In this document: piece after piece, positions 25,485-35,040 of the stretch
Layout of the letters: every line of letters starts with the position of its first letter
Position numbering within the stretch: position 1 is the stretch's first letter
NCBI GenBank assembly: GCA_041391245.1
Contig: JAWKOJ010000007.1
Coordinates: 141,883-205,882, forward strand
Source: Caldilineales bacterium
Lineage (GTDB): Bacteria; Chloroflexota; Anaerolineae; JAAEKA01
Reading direction: 5' to 3'
Length of the DNA stretch: 64,000 nt
The notes under the pieces: model-generated
The model's database searches: none
Told to the model about the DNA's origin: nothing
The model's input: the letters and a program-made list of their open reading frames with translations, nothing else
Made by a program: the position numbers and the translations under genes

Positions 25485-25895
25485 ATGCCAGAACGAAAAA
25501 TTCGCATTCTCGTCGCCAAGCCCGGACTGGACGGCCACGACCGCGGCGCCAAAGTAGTGGCCCGTTCGCTACGCGACGCTGGCTTCGAGGTGATCTACAC
25601 CGGCATCCGCCAGACGCCAGAGATGATCGCCGAAGCGGCCCTGCAGGAGGACGTGGACGTCGTCGGCCTTAGCATCCTCTCCGGCGCCCACATGGCCCTT
25701 TGCCCGCGGGTCGTCGAATTGCTGCGCGCCGAGGGCATGGAGGACGTGATTGTCCTGGTAGGCGGCATCATCCCTGACGAGGACATCGAGCCGCTGCGGG
25801 CGGCCGGCGTGGAGGGAATCTTCGGTCCCGGGACCAACACCCAGGACATCGTCGCCTTCATCAACCAACGAACAGGGCAGCCGGTTCCGGCATGA
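25485..25895 (+). CDS. Methylmalonyl-CoA-mutase-family B12-binding small subunit
   Basis: ATG at 25485 follows GGAG. Contains [34 protein letters not shown] (DxHxxG-type) and [10 protein letters not shown]. Confidence 0.85.
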   Translation: MPERKIRILVAKPGLDGHDRGAKVVARSLRDAGFEVIYTGIRQTPEMIAEAALQEDVDVVGLSILSGAHMALCPRVVELLRAEGMEDVIVLVGGIIPDEDIEPLRAAGVEGIFGPGTNTQDIVAFINQRTGQPVPA

Positions 25896-26116
25896 TCCTG
25901 CCATCCGGCGTGCGACCACCGGCACGCCGGCACGCCCCGCCACATCCAGCTTCGAAAATACAGCCTCGCTCGGGCCGGTCTCCGACCGAGTCCCGCTCGT
26001 TTTCATTGATCGGAGTGCCCGGTCCGCCTGGCCGGGCGGCTGACAAGCTGTACGTTGCCTGCTAGATCACACAGACACTCCGCGGTTCGAAAGAAACGGG
26101 CGAACTCCCTCGGGCA

Positions 26117-27028
26117 TTACGATCCCACGTATGTCCGCAGCCACGCCAACGTGCGTTCCCACGCCAACGCCGCCGCCTCCGGGTTGTAGCTGGCGCGCGT
26201 GTCGTTGAAAAAGGAGTGCTGCGCGCCGTCGTAGATGTAGAACTCGTTAGGGATGCCGGCGGCGGTCATCGCCTCGCCCATGGCCTCGACGCGTGACGCC
26301 GGGATGCCGCCGTCCAGGCTGCCATAGTTGCCCAGCACCGGCGCAGTGACCGTAGCTGCCTGCTGCGAGCTCAGCGGCGAGCCGTACCAGGGCACCGCCG
26401 CGCCCAGGCGGTCCTCCACCAGCGCGATCTGCAAGGTCAGCCCGCCGCCCATGCAGAAGCCGGTAATGCCGACCGTCGGTCCTGCCACATACTCCTGCGC
26501 CAGCAGGTAGTCGATGCCGCTGCGAATCTCAGCGACCGCCGTGTCCTGGTCCATCTCCATCACCAGCTTGCGCGCCTCGTTGGGTTCGCTGGTCACCGCG
26601 CCGTGGTACAGGTCGGGCGCCAGGGCGACAAACCCCTCGGCAGCAAAGCGGTTGGTCACATCCTTGATGTGGTCGTTGAGACCCCACCACTCCTGGATGA
26701 CAACCACGGCCGGATAGGGTCCGTCGCCGGTCGGACGCGCCACGTAGGCCATCAGCGTGTCGCCCTTACCGTCCGGGTATTCGACCATCTGCGTCAGGAT
26801 GCTGGAGCCGTCAGGCGTCGCGGTCAGGGTTGGTTCGCTGGCAGCCGGCTCCAGGGTCGCGACGACCACCGGCTCTGTCGGACCGGTGACCGGCGTACAG
26901 GCGGCCAGCACCGTCGACGCGGCTGCGAAGCTGCCCAGCGCCGCGCCTGCCTTGATCAGGAAGTCGCGCCGGCTCATCTCGCCGACCTGAAACGACCGCA
27001 CCAGTTCCATTGTGTAGACTCGATCCAT
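26117..27028 (-). CDS. Dienelactone hydrolase family protein with a Tat/lipoprotein-type signal
   Basis: ATG at 27028 follows GGAGG. Contains SRRDFLIKAG...LAAC, then the DLH core (VVVIQEWWGLNDHIKD, GFCMGGG, HSFFND). Confidence 0.8.
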   Translation of the reverse strand: MDRVYTMELVRSFQVGEMSRRDFLIKAGAALGSFAAASTVLAACTPVTGPTEPVVVATLEPAASEPTLTATPDGSSILTQMVEYPDGKGDTLMAYVARPTGDGPYPAVVVIQEWWGLNDHIKDVTNRFAAEGFVALAPDLYHGAVTSEPNEARKLVMEMDQDTAVAEIRSGIDYLLAQEYVAGPTVGITGFCMGGGLTLQIALVEDRLGAAVPWYGSPLSSQQAATVTAPVLGNYGSLDGGIPASRVEAMGEAMTAAGIPNEFYIYDGAQHSFFNDTRASYNPEAAALAWERTLAWLRTYVGS

Positions 27029-27154
27029 TGTTTGCCTCCGTTGTCGGTTTGTGAGTTATGTTAGCGGCGTACTGCGTAGCTCATATTGCGTAGCCAGAGA
27101 TGGTGGCCGCGGCAGCGTCGCCCTGATTCGACGACTGCTGGCGTGCGGGACACT

Positions 27155-27649
27155 TCAGTCGCGCTGGACAATGTGTTGTGGCGTGCTGGGCAGGTTGTCA
27201 AGCGCACTGCGCAGAAATTGTGGATGCAAGGGAATGGAGCCGATCTCGCGGCGGTCAAACCAGCGAAAAAGGATCGGAACATCTCCTTCCATGCCGTTGA
27301 TCGGGCCGCTGCGATGGGCTGCCAGCCACTCCTCCGGCAAGTGCATCAGCCAGTAAAGGCCCACCTCGTGGAAGACGTATCCGTCGAAGCGGAAGAAGTT
27401 CTCGACCACCCACAACAGTCGGTCCGCTCTGACAGCGATGCCGAGTTCTTCCATCATCTCGCGCTGCAAGGACTCCGTCATCGCCTCGCCCAGTTCACAG
27501 CGTCCGCCGGGCAGGAACCAAAAGTCGCCGGCCGGATCTTGTTGCAGCAGCACGCGGTCGCCGTCCAGCACCACGCCGGCGACCCGCAGGTTAAATCGCC
27601 CGTCGTCGTGGTCGAAGGTGATCATGGTCATCGCGACATCGACATCCAA
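27155..27649 (-). CDS. NUDIX hydrolase
   Basis: Nudix box GGRCELGEAMTESLQREMMEELG. Confidence 0.8.
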   Translation of the reverse strand: MDVDVAMTMITFDHDDGRFNLRVAGVVLDGDRVLLQQDPAGDFWFLPGGRCELGEAMTESLQREMMEELGIAVRADRLLWVVENFFRFDGYVFHEVGLYWLMHLPEEWLAAHRSGPINGMEGDVPILFRWFDRREIGSIPLHPQFLRSALDNLPSTPQHIVQRD

Positions 27650-27722
27650 AGGTTTGTAGCAGGCGCTTCAGCCCCCGTCCGGAAGGGCGCTGAAGCGCCT
27701 GCTACGAGCGCACCGCCAAAAC

Positions 27723-27755
27723 AAACGGCGGCCCAGGCGTGCTGGACCGCCGTTT
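27723..27755 (-). terminator. Hairpin terminator downstream of sodA (T-rich on both sides)
   Basis: aaacggcgg (27723-27731) pairs with ccgccgttt (27747-27755), flanked by tttg/ttttg runs. A second 17-bp perfect inverted repeat lies at about 27658-27707. Confidence 0.45.
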
Positions 27756-27788
27756 TGTGTCAGCGGATATGGCTAGGCCGCTGTCGGT

Positions 27789-28469
27789 CTAGCCGAAGAT
27801 CTTGTCCCAGGCCGACTTGACGCGTCCGACCACGTCGGCGACGCCCATGGCCACTTGGACTGCGCTGTAGTTGCTGCCAACCGCGTCCCAGTTCACCACT
27901 TCCCACCAGGCCGAGATGTAGTTGCCGCGCATGTTCTGGTACTTCAGATAATACGCGTGCTCCCAGACGTCGAGGCCGAGGATCGGGATGAGGCCGGCCG
28001 AAATCGGGGTGTCCTGATTGGGGGTCGAGGAGACCACCAACCCGCCTTCGCCGTTCACCGACAGCCACGCCCAGCCGGAGCCGAACTGCGTCAGGCCCGC
28101 CTTGGAGAACTGGTCCTTGAACGAGTCGAAGGAGCCAAACGTTGAGTTGATCGCGTCCGCCAGCTTGCCGCCGGGTGCGCCGCTGCCGCCCGCCTTCATG
28201 ACCTTCCAGAAGAGCGAGTGGTTGGCGTGGCCGCCGCCGTTGTTGCGCACCGCGGTGCGGATCTCGGCCGGCACGCTGTCCAGGTCAGCCAGCAACTCGT
28301 AGAGGTCCTTCTTCTGCAAGTCCTCGTGACCCTCCAGGGCCTTGTTCAGGTTGTTGACGTAGCCGGCATGGTGCTTGTCGTGGTGAATGCCCATGGTCGT
28401 CGCATCGATGTACGGCTCAAGAGCGTCCTGCGCGTATGGCAGGTCAGGCAGTTTGTAAGGGTATCCCAT
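27789..28469 (-). CDS. sodA: Fe/Mn superoxide dismutase
   Basis: ATG at 28469 ([22 protein letters not shown]). Contains HHDKHH and [11 protein letters not shown]. There is a C-terminal tail of about 25 aa beyond the usual end. Confidence 0.92.
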   Translation of the reverse strand: MGYPYKLPDLPYAQDALEPYIDATTMGIHHDKHHAGYVNNLNKALEGHEDLQKKDLYELLADLDSVPAEIRTAVRNNGGGHANHSLFWKVMKAGGSGAPGGKLADAINSTFGSFDSFKDQFSKAGLTQFGSGWAWLSVNGEGGLVVSSTPNQDTPISAGLIPILGLDVWEHAYYLKYQNMRGNYISAWWEVVNWDAVGSNYSAVQVAMGVADVVGRVKSAWDKIFG

Positions 28470-28606
28470 TGGTGTGTCCTTTCTTTGACGTAAATCGTTG
28501 TTTTGGTGTTCTCGGCGCATGTGCGGGGAGAAAGGTAGCGAAAACCCGGACAATACTATAACACAGATTCGCCGCTCGTGCCAGCGAGATTCCTTCCAGT
28601 TCAGGG

Positions 28607-31600
28607 TCAGTGATCGGCCAGCCAGCGCAGCGCGAGCGACGTCACCTGCCCGGAACGGCGCAGTTTGACCACATCCAGCGCGTCGGCAGTGTCCTTGGTT
28701 GTGTTGGCATCGTCGTCCGCGTCGGCCCAGATGACCAGCGTGGCAGGCAGGCCGGCGCGCTGGAACGACGTCTGGTCGCCGGTGTCCTCTGCCTGCCTCA
28801 CATCGGCCCGGACGCCGAGCGCCAGCGCCGCGAACGCCAGCGACTGGTTGGTCAACGCCTCGCGGTTGCGGTCGCCCTCGTAGGTCAGGAAGAAGCCGCG
28901 GCCCGCGCCCACGTCGTCCAGGTTCAGCATGCCCAGCGTCGCCGTCAGCGGCACGGACGGGTTGGCGAGATAGGCGCGCGAGCCGGCTTGTGCCACCTCG
29001 TCGCCGTCCCAGGCCGCGAAGAGCACCGGGCGGGCCGGCTGCACGCCGGCGGCGCGCCAACTGCGCGCGATCTCCAGCAATGTTGCGACGCCGGCCGCGT
29101 TGTCGTTGGCGCCGGGGTAGATCGTGCCTGCGCCGTCCACGCCTGGCCCGTCCAGGTGGGCGCTGACAATCACTACTTCGTCGGCCAGCGCCGGATCGCT
29201 GCCCGGCAGCAAGCCCAACACGTTGGCGCCCTGGCGCGTCCCGATCTCGCTCAGTGGCACTGCAACCTCGGCCGTCAAGTCGAGCCGCAGCGCGGCCGGC
29301 GCCGTGTTCAGCTCCACCAGCGTGTGACCGGAGAAGGTCAGCAGTTGCTCGAAGGCATCCTGGGTCAACTCCAGCACCGGGATCGTCGGCGTTACGATCT
29401 GGCTGCCGTCGATGGGCGTGCGCGAGCTCATTCGGTTGGGACCGGGCGCGGTCAGCAGGATCAGCGCTCCTGCGCCCGCCTCGGCCGCGTTGCGTATCTC
29501 CGTGTCCAGCAGCTCGGTCGGATCGCGTAACACGATTTTGCCGTCCAGCGCCATGCCGTCGTAGCTCGGATCGCGCACCCAGACCACCGGCCCGCTGGCC
29601 TGCCCGCCCAGCGCGTGGCCGCCTGTCCGCTCCAGGAAGTCGGTGCGGTAGGCAAGTTCCAGTGTCTGGTCGCCCTGCCGGAGCGTCAGCGCCGGCGGCG
29701 CGCTCGGAACGGTATGGCTGATAGCAAAGGTCTGCAAGAACGTGTTGGCGTCGCCAACAGGCTCTAGATTCAACTCGGCAAAGGCATTGACGATCTCGTC
29801 GGCCGCGTTGCGCCCGCCGTCCGTCCCCGTCTCGCGGCCCGCGAACTCGTCGCCGGACAGCCGGGTCGCTTCGGCCAGCGCGCGCTCAGCGTCGAAGCTC
29901 TCGGCCAGCGCCAGCCACTCGGGCGGCGCGTGGAGCACGCCCGCGGTCGCCAGCCAATCCTGCTCGAAGTCGTCCAGCGAAACGCCCAGCGCGGACTGCA
30001 TGGCAGCGTCCGTTGTCGCTCCATCCGCCAGCGCTGCCAGGAGGTTGCTCAACCCCTCGCTGCCAAAACGCTGGATGAGATAGCTGGCGGAGTCCCACGC
30101 TTCGGCCTGCGCCAGTGTTTTGGCGGTCGAAGCCAGGGCGGCTGGATCGGGAAGCTGGCTCAGCGGCCAGAAGCGGCCCTGCTGGGCCGCCAGCGGTATC
30201 TTGTCGGCCAGCCGGTTGGCCTGCTGCCAGCCGATGTTGGGATCGACCCATTGCAACGCGATGCGGCCCAGGCCGGCCCGCAGCCACAGGGTGTCGGTCG
30301 TCGGTTGCACGCCGATCTGGGCCAGCAACTGTGCGACGATGGGATCCAGCAGCTCGTTGCGGACGTCCGTCACGGCGGCCGCGCCCTGCTGAGACTTGAC
30401 CACAACGTGCAGCGACCCGCCGGGGACCGGTACCGCAGCCGCGCCCGCCGGCAGATCGTGCCCGGCCGCCAGACTGAGCGCCAGGTCGTTGGTGTACAGC
30501 TTGACCGTCAAGGGCGCCGGTTCAACGCCCAGCGCGGCGGCCACCGTCCGGTAGGCGTGGTCCAGCAGCGGTGTGAGCGCCTCGGCCAGCGCCTGGCTGG
30601 CGGCCGGGGACAGCACGGTCACCGGCCCCGACTGCGTCGCCATCCACGAAGGTCCGCCGTAGGTGAGTTGGCCGTCGCGCAGCGGCAGCCAGACGGTCTG
30701 CCTGACCTGGCGCTGCCGGTCATCTCCGGCCTGCCAGCTTGCCATCAGGTCGGCCAGCATGCCATCGGCAGTCAGTCCCTTGAGTTGCCCGGTCAGTTCG
30801 AAGTTGGTCAGCGGCGAGGCCAGGGTCTGGCTGCGGTCGAACCAGGCCGCGTCGTCGGCCAGTTGGAGCGGGTTGGTTGGGTCGCCCGTTGCCAGGAACG
30901 CGGCCCGGTCGCCGGTTTCCACAGCAGCCTGCCGCCGCGCCAACAACTCGTCGATCTGCGCCTGCGCACCGTCGATGCGGTCGCGCCAGCTTGCCTGCCA
31001 GCCTGCATCGAACTCAGCCGCCGACTGGCCCAGCGCTTGCTGGAACGCCCGCGCCGCTCCGTCCGTATCCGTTGTCTGCGCCAGCGCCGCTGCCAGGTCG
31101 CCGGCCCCTGGCAGGCCGTGCCCCTCCAACAGGTAGCCGGTCATGGCCCAGGCCTGCGCGTTCCAGAAGGGCGTGCCGGCCTCGCTGCGCAGCGCCGACG
31201 GGAAGTCGGTCGCGCTGAAGGGCGCGGGATCGACCAGCATCTGGCGCAGCACCGACAGGTATCTCTCGGCCAGCGCTTCCCGGTCGCCCGACGCGGCGAG
31301 ATAGTCCGGCAGCGCCCGCCAGAGCCAGGGCGCCTGGGCTTCGCTGAGGCCGGTCTGCGCCAGCGCGAGGAGCGTCAACGTGTCGGTCAGCGCCCTCGTG
31401 CGGGTGATGCCAGCGCTGGCCACGACGTGCGCCTGGTTCCCGGCTGCCCACGAGGTGACGGTCTCGGGCAAGGTCAGCCCTGCGGCTGCCTGCATGGCTT
31501 GATGCGATGGGTGCAGGGTCAACGTGGCGGCCGGGCGGCGCTGCGACAGACCCAACTGGCGCGCGATGGCTGCCCGCTGCGCGGTTGCCCTGTCCAGCAC

Positions 31601-33635
31601 CTGGGGCGCGATCTCGGCCAGGCTGGGCGGGTAGGCCAGCGTCAGCCCGTCGCCGGTCAGGCGCTGCATGGCGGGGCCGGCCAGCCGCCAGCCGTCCGCG
31701 CCGCGCGTCGCCAGGACCGTGCCGTCGACGCGCTCCCGTTGCCCGCCGGCCGGTGTAATCTCGTAGCGGATCGTGGCGGTCGCCACGTCGCCCGCCACGA
31801 CCGCGTCGACCAGGCTGGCCGACAGGCTCTCCGGCCGGTTGCTGGCCGTCGAGTCCCACCAGGCGGCGTCGGCGGCGCGCTCGGCTGCCGTGCTGGTTGC
31901 CAGGAATGCGCTCCGGTCGCCGGCGTTGAACGCCTGCGCGCGCTGGTCCAGCATCGCGGTCAGCTCCGGCTCGGCCGCGGCCAGGCTGATCAGCGTCATG
32001 CCGGCCAGTTCGCCGACAGCCTGCAGCTTGCCCGGCTCGATCACCGCGGGCGTGTCCAGGGGCCGGTGGTAGTGCGCCAGCTTGGGGTTGCCTTCCTGGT
32101 CTTCGCCGAACCAGATCACCATCGAGGCGTCGACGCCAGCCAGCCGGAAGGGCACATGGTCGCTGCGGCCGATGTCGCCCAGAGTGGTGGTGATGCCAAA
32201 GGTTGGCGCGAGGCCGATCAGACGGTCGGCCACCGGCCCCGGCCCGTCTACGGCCAGTTCGTCCGCGCCCGCGCCCACCATATCCAGGTTCAGCACGCCG
32301 GCGATGTCCTCCAGCGGCACGGTCGGCGCTTCGGCGAAATGAAACGATCCCCACAGCCCCTGCTCCTCGGCGTCCCAGCCGGCGAAGAGAACGCTGCGGC
32401 GCGGCCGGAAGCCGGCTTCCTGCCACGTTCTTGCGATCTCCAGCATCGTAGCGATGCCGGACGCGTTGTCGTTGGCGCCAGGGTAGACCGCGCCCTGGCT
32501 GGTGGCGCAGGTCTCGGGGTCGTCGATGGCGTCGCGCGTGCACAGTTCGCCGGCCGGGTCGCTGCCCAGGTGATCGTAGTGGCCGCCGACCACCACGACC
32601 TCGCCGGCGAAGGCCGGATCGCTGCCGGGCAGGATGCCCAGCACGTTGCGGCCCTCGACACCCTCCTGCTGTTCCAGGGCGACGCTCAGATGTGCGTTGG
32701 TTTGCAGCGGCAGCCCGGCGAACTGGATCGACAGGTCGTCGAAGGTGTAGCCGCTGCCGGCCAGCAGATCGTCCACGACCGAGGGGTCGATGAGGAACGC
32801 CGGCAGTGGCACGGGCACCAGCGGCACGTTGTAGCGGCCGATGCGGTCGATGGGCGCGTCCGGATCGCCGACCAGCAGCAGGCCGGCCGCGCCGTGTTCG
32901 ATGGCGTTGCGGGTCGGATCCTCGCCGCCACCCTGGCGGCAGAGCGCCACTGCGCCGACGGCGTCGATGACGTCGAAGTCCTCGTGACGGCAGTAGTTGG
33001 CCCAGACCACCGGGCCCTCGGCGTCGCCCTGCCCCGCGTAGTTGCGCACGTAGGAGCTATAGTCTTGGCGAAACTCATACGGTCCGGCTGCCTGGCCGTC
33101 GGGTCCGAACACCTCCAGCACCGGCGGCGCGGTGTAGGTCACAAAGAAGTCGAGGGGAAACTGCTGGAAGTAGCTGCGGCTGCCGTCAGGCTGGAGGTCG
33201 CCGGCCGGCTGAAGTCCGTAGCCGGCGAAGGCGGCCGCGATGGCGTCCCCGGCCGCCCGGCCGCCTTCGGTGCCGGCGCGCCGGCCGGCGAAGGGCGCGG
33301 CGGCCAGCTCAGCGATGCGCGCCTCAGCGGCCGCGCCGTCGAAGCTGCGCGCCAGTGCCAGGTAGTCCACGCTGCCGGACGCCTGGCCGGCCGCGTCGGT
33401 GATCCACCACCCCTGCGCCCCGTCCTCGACCTCGACCGCGGCGGGCGCTGGCTGCGCGGCCGCATCGACCGCGTCAGGCGCGTTGCCGGCCGGTGCGTCT
33501 TCCGGCGCGAGTACGACGGGCTGCACGGCCGGCTGGTTCTGCTGGGTCCACCAATAGCCCAGACCGGCGGCCCAGACAAGCAGCGATCCAGACGATGATC
33601 AGCAGGCGGCGGTGTTTGGCGGTTGTTTCGGACAT
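28607..33635 (-). CDS. Very large N-terminally anchored protein with two PA+M28 aminopeptidase modules flanking an internally duplicated middle region (one frameshift near 33570)
   Basis: ATG at 33635 ([20 protein letters not shown]...) joins ORF 33526..28607 after a 1-nt shift. Module 1 has [22 protein letters not shown] and SDHVPF. Module 2 has [22 protein letters not shown] and GDQTSF. Confidence 0.8.
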
Positions 33636-33761
33636 ACGGTTTCAGTCGTAACACAATTTTCCAGACTGCCCGGCCAGCGGAGCGAGGAAGAACGCGACGA
33701 TTGGCGATTCGGAGACAATTTGGAAAATTGTCTTACGATGCGCGCTGACGCGGCGTCGGGT

Positions 33762-35036
33762 TCAGCGAAATACGGGCTGCCAGGCCGGATCGAAGTTGTT
33801 GCCCTGATCGGCAGTCACCTGTGCCGGGTCGCTGCCCAGATCGTCCACCAGCCAGAGATTGGAGTCGCCGGCCGGCTCGAAGCCCTGGCCGGAGGCCCGG
33901 TATGGCTGGGCGGCGAAGACCACCTGGGTTCCGTCGGGCGACATGACGGGGGTGAAAGCCGGGTCGGCCACCCGCTGCGACACCGCGTCCAGCTCGTCAC
34001 GCGCCACATCCAGGATGACGATGTTGGGCGCGGAGCCGCCGGTGAAGCCGGAGAAAATCAACCGGCTGCCGTCGCGGCTCCACGACAGGTCGCTGATGGC
34101 CTGAAAACCCAGCCCACCCATCTGGAAGGCGCTCTCCTGGCCGCTCGCAAGGTCGTGCAGGAACAGCCGGCGGCGTCGTCGCCCCGTGTCCTCGAACTCG
34201 CGCCACATCGCCATCTGTGCGCCGTCGGGCGAGAGGGCCGCCAGCTCTACCTGTCCGGCGCTGACCAGCGCGGGCGGACCGCCGGCCACCGGCAGCGCGT
34301 ACAGACCGTCCTCGCCGTTGACGTCCAGCAGCAGGTAGAGCGTGGCTCCGTCGGCCGACCACTGGAGGATGCCGTTGCCGAAGCGCGGGCTGGGCGCGAC
34401 CCCTTCCAGCCCCGCCAGCAGGTCCAGCGGATCGGCGTCAGGGCTGGCCAGGTCGATCAACAGCAGGCGATGCCGGTCAGCCAGTCCTGGCTCGCCGTCG
34501 TCGTTGCCGTCCTCGACGACGTACAGCGCGGCCTGGTCGGCGACCGGGTTCTCGGCGCCGGCGATGGGCCAGCCGTCGCCGGCGATGATCGCGCGCTGGT
34601 CGGTACCATCGGGAGCCGCGGACATGGCCGACCACGAGGGCGCGCCATCCGCGTCTTGCTCGCTGCGCAGCCACACCAGCCGGTTGCCGTCCAGCGTCCA
34701 GGAGGGCGAGAGGTCTTCGGCCGGGTGGTTGGTGATGCGCTGCTGGTCCGACCCGTCGGGCCGCACCGTGTAGATCTCGGCGTTGCCGTCGCGGTCAGAG
34801 ACGAAGGCGATCAGGCCGTTGGTCGCGGGGACGCCCAGCGTGGCGGCGCGGGCAGCGGCGCTCGTCTCCTCGGGGTCCACCTGTTCTCCGGAAGCTGGCG
34901 CTGCTGCGGTCAATCCGGCCGCGGCTGGCTGCGGCAGCGAACGGGCGCGCATCGCCAGAAAGACGGTGGCGGCCAGCAGGCTCAGCGCGGCGATCGCGGT
35001 GATTGTCCAGGCAGCGCGGATTGCGTTTCGGGTCAT
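33762..35036 (-). CDS. TolB-like PD40/WD40 beta-propeller repeat protein with an N-terminal TM anchor
   Basis: Repeated (F/W)SPDG...(I/L)xFxS-type blades (SPDGTQVVFAA, WSRDGSRLIFSG, LSPDGAQMAM, WSADGATLYLL, VRPDGSDQQRI). Confidence 0.7.
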   Translation of the reverse strand: MTRNAIRAAWTITAIAALSLLAATVFLAMRARSLPQPAAAGLTAAAPASGEQVDPEETSAAARAATLGVPATNGLIAFVSDRDGNAEIYTVRPDGSDQQRITNHPAEDLSPSWTLDGNRLVWLRSEQDADGAPSWSAMSAAPDGTDQRAIIAGDGWPIAGAENPVADQAALYVVEDGNDDGEPGLADRHRLLLIDLASPDADPLDLLAGLEGVAPSPRFGNGILQWSADGATLYLLLDVNGEDGLYALPVAGGPPALVSAGQVELAALSPDGAQMAMWREFEDTGRRRRRLFLHDLASGQESAFQMGGLGFQAISDLSWSRDGSRLIFSGFTGGSAPNIVILDVARDELDAVSQRVADPAFTPVMSPDGTQVVFAAQPYRASGQGFEPAGDSNLWLVDDLGSDPAQVTADQGNNFDPAWQPVFR

Positions 35037-35040
35037 GGTC

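Noticed and set aside
28470-29060. The 423-aa ORF that extends sodA upstream to 29060.
   Set aside because: The extension overlaps the 3' end of the M28 gene frame region and is R/G/P-rich. SOD homology begins at the ATG at 28469, which has an AAGGA site.
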